Source of the DNA: Catajapyx aquilonaris
Taxonomy: Eukaryota
Direction: 5' to 3'
Assembly (NCBI GenBank): GCA_000934665.2
Contig: KZ538443.1
Span: forward strand, 49,931-69,930
DNA: 20,000 nt
Shown piece by piece: positions 9,701 to 20,000 of this stretch. The notes under the pieces are model-generated. The model searched no databases. It was not told the DNA's origin and saw only the letters and a program-made list of their open reading frames with translations. The translations under genes were made by a program, and so were the position numbers. Within the stretch, counting starts at the first letter, position 1. Every line of letters begins with the position of its first letter.

Positions 9701-11668
9701 TATCAAGCAATGGGATTCTCTGAGGAATTTACAATGCAGATAACAAATGTGTCAGGTTCTTTAATACTGCCGACTTGGCAAAGGCTGTTCCGAGAAGTAA
9801 TGGGGTTTCTAGAACTGTGATGCTCCTGATGAAAAGTTGTACAAATGCAAATTAGATGTTTTTTGAATGAGCACAGTTTTGTGGATGTCAGTGCTGTATT
9901 TATAGCATTGTAAAAAAACAGTATAAATTTGCTCGAATTGTCAGAAATTGCTTTACTATTGACCAGTATTTGCTTTAGACATTTTGCTTCCATTAGATGT
10001 AATATTTTAACTTCCGTCTGGTTGCATATGCTGTGATGGTGAAGGTCACTCAGAAAGTTAAACATCTGTAAAGTGATGGCATTAAAATTGAATTCCTTGC
10101 ATGTCTTGTGGTATTATATTCTCCTGTCAACTCATTGCATTTGCTCAACTTGTTCCGTAACTACATTATCTTTGTTAGATACAATTCAGCCACGCCACTG
10201 ACAGTGGATGCATTTCTTGCATCAGTGTCCAAATGACTACTACACACATATTTTTAAAAGAACTAGTCACTTTTAGGCATCAGTACTAGACTATTTGGGG
10301 GACATGACTGAATTCAAAGTGGTATTTTGGAATTGTAGCCTCTGACACTTACGTCCTGTGAACTAGTGCCTTGTATGGTCGCATTTGAACGCCAATTTTC
10401 CGCAGCCGTTCTTTAATGTTGATATGCAAAGGAGTTACAGTGTCAACATGTCACCATCCAATGATTGTGGTTTTGTTGGCACATATTTGAGAAATACTGC
10501 ATCCAGCATACAATACTACATGCCCAGCATCCAGAATACAATATATTGCTGTCCGTGTCACTGAACATTGGCGTATAGAACTTCCTGGGGGTAACAAGTC
10601 ATTCTGTTATGATCATGTGGATTCCTTCCCTTGTAGTCGTGCCGTTGAATCCACATTTTATCTGCAGTTACTGTTGCAACCAAATGCAGAGTGGGTTCAC
10701 TTTATGAGTTGCTAATTTTTCTGTGCTAGATTTGACAGCAATTTTTCCATTCCATGAAAAAGGATGTGAATTACACTTACCTATGACATATCCTTTTCTA
10801 GGGCAATCTTACACATTCAGTTTCCTGTTAACAGTGGCAGAACTATAGTAGTTCAGACAGTTCAGGCTAATTAGGGTCCCTGCACAGAGATGACCCTGTG
10901 ATAAAAGTGACTGACAGGAAAGAAGGGCTCTTATGTATTCCTGAATCTGGGCTTGTTGAAAGTCTGGTGGTGCCACTTCCTAATGTTCCTATTCTCCAGT
11001 AGCAAGTCCTCCACCTGGGTGTACATCAGTATGGCAGATTGCAGGAAATATCTATTGTAGGGATCATTTTGAAGAGACACCTTTCCTGACATGAATTGTT
11101 TGGCCTAATATTTGACCTGGCATTGGAAATATATATCATCACAGTATTTTACAGCTACATGGTGGATTTCACAGTGAAAGCAGTAGTGATGTACACTACC
11201 TGTCAGAAGTCTGAGCACACCCTCCCAAATACTGGAATTTTTTATTACTACTTGTGTCAACAGAACAAAAATGTTAGAAATGTAGCAACTGGGCATAATT
11301 GGACCAGTTACATCATTTCCAAAGCCCAATAACAAAATCAACTGGTAAAAATGGGACATCTGAGTGAAGATTACGGAGTGCGGTGATTGTGCTCTATGTA
11401 ACTCTTCATTTTTCCTGTGAGCAAAGGGGCCCTCTCTAGGTTTCTGTAGTCTGGCAACACATTCACTAGCGACAGCATGTATGAGAACACAAACCACACA
11501 CATACTGCAGCAGCCATGGATGGCGTACAGCCCTAGACAGCTTTTGATCATTTCTGCAACAATGGTGCCAACCAATTGTCACCAATTGAACTGGAGCACA
11601 TAAACGAGGTAGCAAGTGTGTGTGATGCAAGAAATGAAGCTGTCATTAAGAGCCATAGCGAAGATACT

Positions 11669-11670
11669 AC

Positions 11671-11724
<54 letters not shown>

Positions 11725-11997
11725 TCATACCCCGTTATCAGTCGGCGGCTCTTTAGGGGGGAAATTTTTGTTTTGACTGGAACTCTTTGCTTTCATTTTA
11801 CTTAGCTTTTTGGGATAGGATAGGGATGGAAGGAAGCGGCTGTGGCCTGTTGTTACGGAAACGAGCCCAGAATTATCCTGGAAGGACCGTGGGAAACCAC
11901 AGAAAACCATGGTCAGGGTCGCCGGCCCCGGGATTCGAACCCAGGACCTCCCGAGTAGCAGGCGGACTCCATAACCACTACACCAACCTGCTTCGGT
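11669..11997 (-). mobile_element. tRNA-derived SINE, head type A
   Basis: On the - strand: A box TGGTGTAGTGG, B box GGTTCGAATCC, (TTA)n tail. Perfect 16-bp TSD CCATAGCGAAGATACT (11653-11668 and 11998-12013). Absent from the other foldback arm. Confidence 0.92.
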
Positions 11998-12345
11998 CCA
12001 TAGCGAAGATACTGAAGATTTCTGTTTGGACCTGGCATCGAAGCCTACTTAGGAAAGCAGAAACTGGGCAAAATATCATGAAAAAAAGGAGTGCTGCCCC
12101 CAGTAAAACCTCACAAGGTGAGGAAAATTTCATAGTGATCCAGTCCAAGAGAAACAGAAAGTTCACATCAAGCGATATTGCAGGGGAACTCAATGCAAGA
12201 CGGGCAAATGAAGTGTCTCAATGAACTGTGGTGGGGGTCTGCATGATGTATTGATGCTGGTCTTGTTGGTAGGGTAGCAACCAGGAAGCTTTTTCTGAGG
12301 AAGGCCAACATAGCAAAGAGGCTAGAGTGGGCCCAAGAACACAAT
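11998..12345 (+). pseudogene. Tc1 transposase N-terminal (paired/homeo-like HTH) remnant
   Basis: IAKILKISVWT..RSLLRKAETG...KRSAAPSKTS...SKRNRKFTSSDI..EL...VSQ*TV.. then AGLVGRVATRKLFLRKANIAKRLEWAQEH, typical Tc1 motifs. Contains a stop and frameshift, and no DDE domain. Mirrored on the - strand at about 12367-12661. Confidence 0.85.
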
Positions 12346-14313
12346 ATCAGTGGAGGAAGGGGCTGTGACCAGCATCATACAGACCCCCCACCACAGTTCA
12401 TTGAGACACTTGATTTGCCCGTCTTGCACTGAGTTCCCCTGCCATATCGCTTGATGTGAACTTTCTGCTTCTCTTGGACTGGATCACTATGAAATTGTCC
12501 TCACCTTGTGAGGTTTTACTGGGGGCAGCACTCCTTTTTTTCATGATATTTTGCCCAGTTTCTGCTTTCCTAAGCAGGTTTCGACGCAAGGTCCAAACAG
12601 AAATCTTCAGCATTTTTGTTATGGCTCTTATTAACAGCTTTATTTCTCGCATCACACACACTTGCTACCTTGTTTATGTGCTCCAGTTCAATTGGTGACA
12701 ATTGGTTGCCACCATTGTTGCAGAAATGATCAAAAGCTATCTAGGGCTGTATGCCGTCCATGGCTGCTGCAGTATGTGTGTGGTTTGTGATCTCATACAT
12801 GCTGTAGCTAGTGAATGTGTTGCCAGACTACAGAAACCTAGAGAGGGCCCATTTGCTCACCGGAAAAATGAAGAGTTACATAGAGCACAATCACCGCACT
12901 CCGTAATCTTCAATCAGATGTGCCATTTTTACCAGTTGATTTTGTTTTTGGGCTTTGGAAATGGTGGAATTGGTCCAATTATGTCCAGTTGCTACATTTC
13001 TAACATTTTTGTTCTGTTGACACAAGCAGTAATAAAAAATGCCAGTATTTGGGAGGGTGTGCTCAGACTTCTGACAGGTAGTGTAGCTCAATAATTTTTA
13101 GTAGAGATGACAGCTAATATGGTGCTGACAGAAGGAAAAGTTACACTCAACTTATTTTTATTGATATCTTGAACTGCTACTGCAAAAAGACCTTCAGGCT
13201 CGGGTGACCCTGCCAGTAGCCGAAGTTACTGCTGATGTAGCTCAGATTAGGGTCATTGAAAAGTTAATGAAATTTATTAGTGCATACTCCTGGTTATGCA
13301 TTGTAATATTCTATTTGAAAGGAATTACAGGGCAACCAGTAAGGCACAGTCACCATTTCACGTAAAGGGAGTTTTACTGAATGATATAAAATTTGGGTGT
13401 CACATATCATTGCTATATAAAAATGAACAATAATTCTTCCAACATTCAAATAATAACTATTACAGCTGCTTCCTGTGGCCATTTAAAAGTTAAATAAAAT
13501 GCAATTTATCAACCTGGATTTTTGCCATTCAAGTATAAATCAATAGAACAAACTGAATTTCACTTTTTCTTCTGATATATTATCAGCCTCACTAAATCTC
13601 CATTAAAATTATTTGACTACAAGGCAAAAATAATCCTTGGAACTCTCCTTGATAACTACACATTTATATATCAATGCTTTATTCATTTTTACTATTATTT
13701 AAGCACGATGATTCTAAAAAGACTTCTGAATGATTTGTTAATATTGTTATGGAACAGGTACAGTTAAGAAGGATACCATACCTTATTTCCTGTTTGGGGA
13801 TTCACTTGATCACCATATTTTACTCCCTTCACATATAGTTTTTTGATTCCCCCCACCATGTAATTGGCCAGTGATAATAATTAATGATATCAAATGTAAT
13901 ATTCAGAGTAATTAATTCATGTGTGCTTCAGCCAGGGTGATTGTTAAATTCACTCCATTCTAAGCATAAGGCACACACCAAATTTCAAAATGTGTGCAAG
14001 TCAGAATCTCATCATCTCACTTCAATTACCTGAGTGTAATTTTCAAGGTTGTGGGTGCAAAAAAAAAAAACGGATTCGTCTGATGTGCTACAGTAGAATA
14101 TATTTCTAACATGTCCTTGTAGGTTCTGTAACATGAGGTTGGACAGTGGTGAACTTGGATAAAGGCTCATAGTGCAACCTCTCTTGTATAACGATGTCCT
14201 ACACTGAACTGGAGTATGGCTATCAAGGTCTCCGGAAGAATCGACCAGCCTTTTGCATTGGTGAGGAATGTATACCAAGGACTAGCAGATGCAAAGTGAG
14301 TCTGATTATGCAG

Positions 14314-14671
14314 TTTTTTTTTCTTCCATTACCCCACTTAGGGAGCTACTTACTCCTTTGGGGGGGGGGGGGGGGGGGGNNNNGGGGGGGGGTTGGATTA
14401 CCACCATCGGGATTTGTTTGGAGCGAGTTAAGAAGGATCTTATTAGTTTACTCCAAGGGTAGGTGGGAGGGGATGTGCAAAGTGCATGTGCGCTGTCATT
14501 GAGTGGTCATTTTGTGAACTCCCCGGGTGGATTAGTCTTTAGGAAATTTCCACCCGAAATGAAGCCAGAGATGGCCCAACTCTGCACGGATAAAGGTGGG
14601 AACGCCGGGTGGGGATTGAACCCGGGACCTTCACATCCGTGGGCGTTACTGCAGCGCCACTTCATCTCCCC
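14314..14671 (-). mobile_element. tRNA-derived SINE, head type B (copy 1)
   Basis: B-box-like GGTTCAATCC on the - strand, poly(A) tail (T-run at 14314), 9-bp TSD ATTATGCAG (14305-14313 and 14672-14680). Homologous to 16487-16835. Contains a G-run with Ns. Confidence 0.85.
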
Positions 14672-14784
14672 ATTATGCAGGAAAATATAGGCATGTTATT
14701 GTTGCTTTTGTGTTAATTTTTAATTGGTTAAGTGTGTAATCATGAGCTCTTGTACTTATGTCAATCTGGAGAACTTAGTTGTGT

Positions 14785-15211
14785 CCCAACAAACACACTT
14801 GGTGCGAAATGGTGCCAAATATGCGGTACCAAGAAGGCTTGGATTTGCCACTTTTATCAGTGCCGATAGGAGACCGATGTCTGGTGCCAATGACACACCA
14901 GAATTTCATTAGCACATATTTACCACTGGTCTGTCGGTGTCTAACTGGTGCCAAAATAATACCGGCATGTTCATGGATAACAAGTACTGATGATTTTGGT
15001 TGGTAATCGGTACCTATACTTTGTCACCGATATTGGTGCCGAGTTTTTGTTACTATTATGGCATCTCACTGGTGCTGGAAAATTTGGTTTATTAAATAAG
15101 GTACACGAATGACCCAAAAACGGCGTTGAGACCTAGGTATCTTAATGTAGTCGCCATTTCAGCATGATTAGTCGGCAAATCGGTATCCCACCGTCACGTG
15201 TGTTGGTTGAG
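14785..15211. mobile_element. CMC/EnSpm-like non-autonomous element
   Basis: TIR CCCAACAAACACACTTG vs reverse complement CTCAACCAACACACGTG. 2-bp GT flanks on both sides. Many internal (T/C)GGT(G/A)CC subterminal-type repeats. Confidence 0.6.
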
Positions 15212-16015
15212 GTAGGACATTTACAGCTGTGGTTGACGACTCACTGGTCACTGTTGTGTGAAAGGTCATTGGCTTGACACAACTTGATTGAGTAGGCAGA
15301 GCACATCTGCACATGCATTCTGCAGGCACATGAACAGAATTGATTTTATTACAGTAAGGGCTGGATTCTCACAGGCTGCCAAGTAATTTGGTAAGTGCAA
15401 GTCTGGATACTGGAATATCCTTTGTTCAGTTATGGGTGTCATTGACGTCACATATTTGTGGGAATTTTGCAGATATGCAGCCTCATAAAGTCAAACAGAA
15501 TCTACCCCTAAATCTACAAATGAATGTTGCCTGCAATGCAGCTCCAGCATATTAATTGAGGATTACTCTGATTTATCTTTCTGGAATGACAGTCATATCT
15601 CTGAAATATATGTGATTCTGTACAGGGTGGTGCACTGTCCAAACCCACAGGTCAAGGAGGAGGATGATGAAGTTATGTATTATTTACAGCATAAACCAGT
15701 TGAAAGAGAAGCTACATGGGAATGTGGCCTGGTTGTTTTCTACATTGCCTCTCTTCTTATTAAACTGCTTTCTGGGGGTATTCAGAAAATTCGAACTATG
15801 ACTTCGTCACCTATCCCCTGCCCCCTGGAACTAGGGACTTGCCCAGTGCAGTACAACCCTGTACAGATATAAATGTGACCAGCACCAGACTTACCAGTAG
15901 GCACACTAGTCAATTGCCTTAGGGTGGACTTAGGTTGCAATAGATAATTTTAAAAATCAAATAAGTTGAGATAAAGGAGAAATCTAGAGAACACACTAAA
16001 AAATTGAATTTTAAA

Positions 16016-16150
16016 GTGATCGGGGATTCCACAAGTAAGAACAAGGAAGCTGGTGAAGCAAAGGCTATGGAGCCAGTCGGTGCTAGAGTAACTACAGTGC
16101 ATTGACGTCCCGGGGAAGGAGCTAATACTGTGATGGTGTAGGTTATCACA
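16016..16150 (+). pseudogene. Possible remnant of a CR1/L2-type LINE ORF1 SGNH esterase domain
   Basis: My translation VIGDSTSKNKEAGEAKAMEPVGARVTTVH*RPGEGANTVMV*V resembles the VIGDS...PGA.V...V(V/I)HVGTND pattern, with in-frame stops. Confidence 0.4.
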
Positions 16151-16486
16151 TTCGGAGCACAAGAAATGTTGCTATACTAGCCACCTGGTACTGTAACAGT
16201 GAACCGTGTACCACATGCACATACCAGTGTACGACTAGACCTAGTGCATGACAATGTAGGGAATTTTAGTGTTGTGTGCAGTCAAGACTGCATTATTTTC
16301 ATTTGGTGTGGCAGGGGAGGGGGAGCAGCTGAATCTCAGCATGCCGAAGAGCAGCCAGGGGGGGTAAATCCAGCACTAAATGCAACTCTTATACATCAAA
16401 GTTCATGCTTATGGGAACATATGGCTTTAAAGAATGCATTAAGTGTTTGGCAAATTAGTCATATTTGGTTAGTTATTATGTCATTA

Positions 16487-16835
16487 ATAATAATCCTATA
16501 ATCCTTGGGTAGTGCCAGACCCTCTTAGGGTATGCGGCACGGACCTTTATTGTACCTTTATTGTACATACAGTGGAACGTGATTTTTGAACCGCCCGGGC
16601 CCACGGGCAGGATGACAGGAGGGGATGTGCAAGGTGCAGTGCAATGTCTTAAACGTGGCCATTTTTAGTGAACTCCCCCGGGTGGTTTAGTCTGTTGGAA
16701 ATACCACCCGAGACGAAGCCAGAGGTGACCCTGAACTCTGCACTAGATGAAGGGGGTGTCCCGGGGTTGGGATCGAACCCGGGACCTTAACATCCGTGGG
16801 CGCATACATTACCGCAGCACCACTCCGCCTCCCTT
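16487..16835 (-). mobile_element. tRNA-derived SINE, head type B (copy 2)
   Basis: On the - strand: A-box-like TGGTGCTGCGG, B box GGTTCGATCC, short (TTA) tail. Perfect 15-bp TSD GTTATTATGTCATTA (16472-16486 and 16836-16850). Confidence 0.9.
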
Positions 16836-17019
16836 GTTATTATGTCATTACATAATTGGATCATTGAATCCATCAGGCAGGTGTTTGTGATGGGAAGGGA
16901 TACTACTTACAACTACTGTGTCTGACATGTGGGTAGTGCTTGACCTCATTGCGAGGTATGTATGACCTTTATTAAATGCCTTTGTGTTCATTTTGGAACT
17001 TTTTTACAAGTGCTGGGTC

Positions 17020-17215
17020 CACAGTCAGGCGTGAATGGGAGGGGAAGTACAAGATTCAAGGGCAATGTCTAATACAGTCATTTTGTTAGTTCCTCTGGGT
17101 GGTTAGTCTCAAGGAATCCCACCCGAAACAGAGCCAGAGATGACGCAACTCTGCATAAGATGAAGGGAGGAATGCCCGGGCTTGGGATTAAACCTGGAAC
17201 CCTTCCATATAGGTA
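17020..17215 (-). mobile_element. Degenerate SINE, head type B (copy 3)
   Basis: Shares GCAATGTCT..., GGGTGG.TTAGTCT...CCACCCGA.AC..AGCCAGAG..GAC..AACTCTGCA.. with copies 1 and 2. Boundaries approximate, no TSD seen. Confidence 0.75.
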
Positions 17216-17297
17216 TTTTTTCACTCAAACGTCACTCCAGGAAGATACCTGGGATAAATGGCAACGTGGGATGTACTGTAGGCTACACTGTACAGTA

Positions 17298-18776
17298 CAA
17301 AGGGTGTTCAGAAAGTAATAAGTGTTTCCATGAAGGTATTTGCCATTTGACATTAAAATTGGTCACCATAGAGACATTCCTGCCCTGATTACAGGACATT
17401 GCATCATCCCGATATGAAGCATAAAAGGAAGGAAAAAATTGAGAGTAGAGAAAAGTGCGGTATGGACAGTTTTCAGCAACCTGCTGTCATCAAATAAATT
17501 GCTATGAAGAAGATGAGTTTTGTGGATATTCATAAGGACATGTATGAGACACTGGGATAGTTGTTCTTCTTACCCAAAATTTCAGAGATGAGTTGAACTC
17601 TTCAAGTGTGGGCAAGAGAGCCTGGAAAATGACCCTGCCCAGGAAGGTCTGCAACTTCTGTGACAGAGGAAAACTTCGACAGCAGAGACCATGGTAATGG
17701 ACGACAGATAATTGACACTGCAATACATAGCAGAGATCCTGGGCATCAGTTTGGATACCATCCTTCATCAACACCTTTGCCTAAGCAAGGTCTCCACCCA
17801 TTGGGTATTTCTCTGCCTCACTACTGACGAGAAGGTCGCTTGTTGAGATGTAACTTGCCAACTTGGATTTTTTTTCTTTCTCAGCAACAAGGAAGTATTT
17901 TTGGCATGGTTATTGACACAGGATGAAACCTGGGTTCTCCACCTCTGCCCAGAAGCAACAAGCACAGACTTAAAAACCTTTTTAAGGACATGCTTTATGA
18001 GGTAGCGAACTCGATTCTGCCTGTCACTCCGCCGTCTGGCGTTGAGGTGGCATGAATACCAACCGCTAGATGGTGGGGGAATGGCGACCTCACTGCACCG
18101 GTGCTCACTCACACCCACAGCTCACTCACATCCATTGTGGTGAAGCTAATATTAAGCGTGTAAAAAACAGCCCAAGCAGTGGAGACACAGTGACACTCCA
18201 TCACCATGAAAGTTCCAAGTGTAGCAGTCCAAGTTCCAAAGTTATGGTGAGCATCTTCGGGAATGCAGGGGGTTTGGTTATGCTGGAATTTCTTCAAAAG
18301 TGGTGCACAATCAATGTAGAGTACTAGGCCTATCTGCTCCACAAATTGCTGGAGGAGCTGAAAAAGAAGATACCTGGAAAATTGACATGAGATGTCTGCA
18401 GCAGACCACTCCTAGAAATGCACTGGTTTTCACAGCTGCTGCGAAGGAATGCTTCTTCCAATCTATACCTCATCTGCCCTACTCGCCAGCTCTGCCCCCT
18501 CCAGTTCCCCAATATGAAGAAACAACTTTATGGAAGGCTCCATGGATCTGACTTGGAAGTGATTGCTGTTGTGGAGGAGATGCTGGTGGAGGAGATGCGG
18601 GGGGGAGGGGATTTCGAAACAAATTTTTCAGGCTGGGCTAGAAAAATGGGAGAAATGCTGGATAAAGTGTCTCAATACGTATGAAAGAGCACTATGCTAA
18701 AAAATAATATATTTCTGCTTGCCTCACTTGTCTTTCATGGAAACACTTACTACCAGTACTTTGTGAATGTCCCTTG
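17298..18776 (+). mobile_element. Decayed full-length mariner transposon (transposase pseudogene)
   Basis: TA-flanked imperfect TIRs (CAAAGGGTGTTCAGAAAGTA..TAAGTGTTTCCATGAA). Peptide remnants LSKVSTHWV, LLTQDETWVLH, KQPKQW, KVMVSIFGNAGGLVMLEFL..TINVEY and PHLPYSPALPP / FPNMKKQLYG correspond to the mariner WVPHEL, GDE.W and YSPDLAP motifs. Many stops and frameshifts. Confidence 0.9.
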
Positions 18777-18786
18777 TATCACAGTA

Positions 18787-19425
18787 CAGTGTTGGACATT
18801 AATCGCGTCATACTGCTAGCGACATTTTCCGAAGCGGCAGAAGAATGAATCGACAATATATATATATTTTAAATTATTTTTTTTTATTATTTTACCCCGT
18901 GATAGGCCTACATAGGCCCTGTTGGGGGGTGGTACACCACCATCAATTTTCTCGTCCTATTTTTCTTTCCTCCGGTGCATGGGGACAGGACAAGGATAAT
19001 GAGGGGGGGACACTGGTGCAGGTGCAATGTCTCAAGTTGGGGGTCGTGTGCAGTCCCCCAGGGGCTCAGGTTGCAAGACAACCCCCTGGGTGCGGGTCGG
19101 AAACCCCCACAGACACCGCACCTGCTCCAGGGCAGGGGAAAGGAAGGAAGCGGCTATCAGGCGGCTGTGGCCTATTTTACGGTACGATCCCGGAATTTTT
19201 CCTGGGGCTACCTTGGAAAACCACAGTAAACCAAGGTCAGGACCGCTGGCCTCCGGGACTCGAACCCAGGACCTCCCGATTAGCAGTCGGATAACACATC
19301 CACTCCACCACTACTGCTTCGGTGAATCGACGATATGGATAGTGCAAGCCGTGCGAGCAAGATTTGTACTTCTGCTGCTTCGGAAAATATCTCTAGCAGA
19401 ATGATGCGATTAATGTCCAACACTG
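18787..19425. mobile_element. Tc1-type MITE (about 160 bp when empty) with 57-bp TIRs, interrupted by a SINE
   Basis: TA|CAGTGTTGGACATTAATCGC... (18787-18843) is the reverse complement of 19369-19425|TA with a few mismatches. Confidence 0.88.
18860..19322 (-). mobile_element. tRNA-derived SINE, head type A with extended body
   Basis: On the - strand starts CCGAAGCAG like 11669-11997, with B box GGTTCGAGTCC and an A-rich tail. 14-bp TSD TGAATCGAC(A/G)ATAT (18846-18859 and 19323-19336). Confidence 0.9.
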
Positions 19426-20000
19426 TATAAGAAATTGGACACAATGATGTCATAACTCTTGCTAAATGGCCTTCAACTTTCAGGCATTGTTGCAAGCAAC
19501 TTTCAGTTAAGGTCATGGATACACCCAGGGGAGAAGCACTGAAAGTTGGCTGCAGAGTTGCATTATGCCAAGAAAAATGATTATGATAACTGGTTATCTT
19601 GTAGGTTGTAGGTTTGGTTTGATTTATTGGAAGCAAAGGCATTTAAGGACATGAAGTGTGACAGGTGTAGTTGTTGGGCTCGACTGAAAATAACCATTGG
19701 CACTCTTGAAATATAATCTGTGTGCAACCAATTGTCTAAATACTGTATTTTTGCTTGATGTAGTACCTGCAGCTTCCTTTCCAGCCACTTCCCTCGCCTG
19801 GGTTACAAATTGAATCCCTTGAATTGGTATGAATAATCCTGTGGCACCTATGTAACAGCAGGCTTAAAAAAGCAAAAATTGAGTTGAATTTCAATTAAAC
19901 AATGGGTGGTTCCATTTCAGATCAGCCAGTGAGTGAAAAAAGGTGTCAGGTCATAGTCATCGATTTTTTTGAAAAATATATATGTGAAACCCACATCGAA

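Larger units (their letters stand above)
11194..13083. mobile_element. Tc1-derived foldback element: two inverted copies of the 5' half of a Tc1 transposon
   Basis: TA|CACTACCTGTCAGAAGTCTGAGCACACC at both ends. The arms 11194-12262 (minus the SINE insert) and 12367-13083 are about 717 bp reverse complements around a 104-bp spacer. Each arm carries a decayed Tc1 DNA-binding-domain reading frame. Confidence 0.92.

Noticed and set aside
11050..11095. THAP-like CRDHFE peptide
   Set aside because: Too short, followed by a stop, and no upstream C2CH partner motif found.
11576..11776. Poly-Ile ORFs (also 6134-6319)
   Set aside because: Translations of (TAA)n retroposon tails.
11920..11997. tRNA-like A/B boxes (also ~14600-14670, ~16760-16835, ~19245-19322)
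   Set aside because: They are SINE heads joined to bodies, tails and TSDs, with no intact cloverleaf evident, so not called tRNA genes.
11096..13094. Paired near-identical ORFs on opposite strands (11105-11575 / 12702-13094, 11978-12193 / 12456-12698) suggesting a duplicated novel gene
   Set aside because: They are antisense or off-frame readings of the two foldback arms. Only the Tc1 HTH frame is meaningful.
14360..14392. Long G-run (potential G-quadruplex)
   Set aside because: Contains Ns and lies in a SINE tail homopolymer, so its length is unreliable.
14785..15211. CRISPR-like repeat array
   Set aside because: Units are only 6-8 bp, irregularly spaced, in eukaryotic DNA with no cas genes.
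18845..19404. Three overlapping GC-rich ORFs
   Set aside because: They lie antisense within a SINE and have no coding signature.

Overview
Eukaryotic (probably arthropod/insect-type; inferred from the intron structure and transposon repertoire) genomic DNA, so most ORFs in the supplied track are spurious. The only host gene I can recognise is the last three coding exons (PITH domain) of a thioredoxin-like protein 1 (TXNL1/Txl) gene on the + strand at 1956-3164. The rest is a dense, partly nested transposon landscape. It includes a 1.9-kb Tc1-derived foldback (two tail-to-tail copies of the element's 5' half), a decayed full-length mariner, and non-autonomous inverted-repeat elements resembling Tc1/mariner, piggyBac, hAT, PIF/Harbinger and CMC/EnSpm. 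It also includes five tRNA-derived SINE copies (four with target-site duplications), a truncated LINE-type tail, and a possible CR1/L2 ORF1 esterase remnant. A CpG-rich, promoter-like stretch lies at about 8.8-9.7 kb. I found no convincing novel protein-coding system. The most interesting signals are mix-and-match head/core/tail modules among the SINEs, the Tc1 foldback that keeps only the DNA-binding half of the transposase, and repeated retro-insertions into palindromic DNA elements. All alignments and counts were done by eye.
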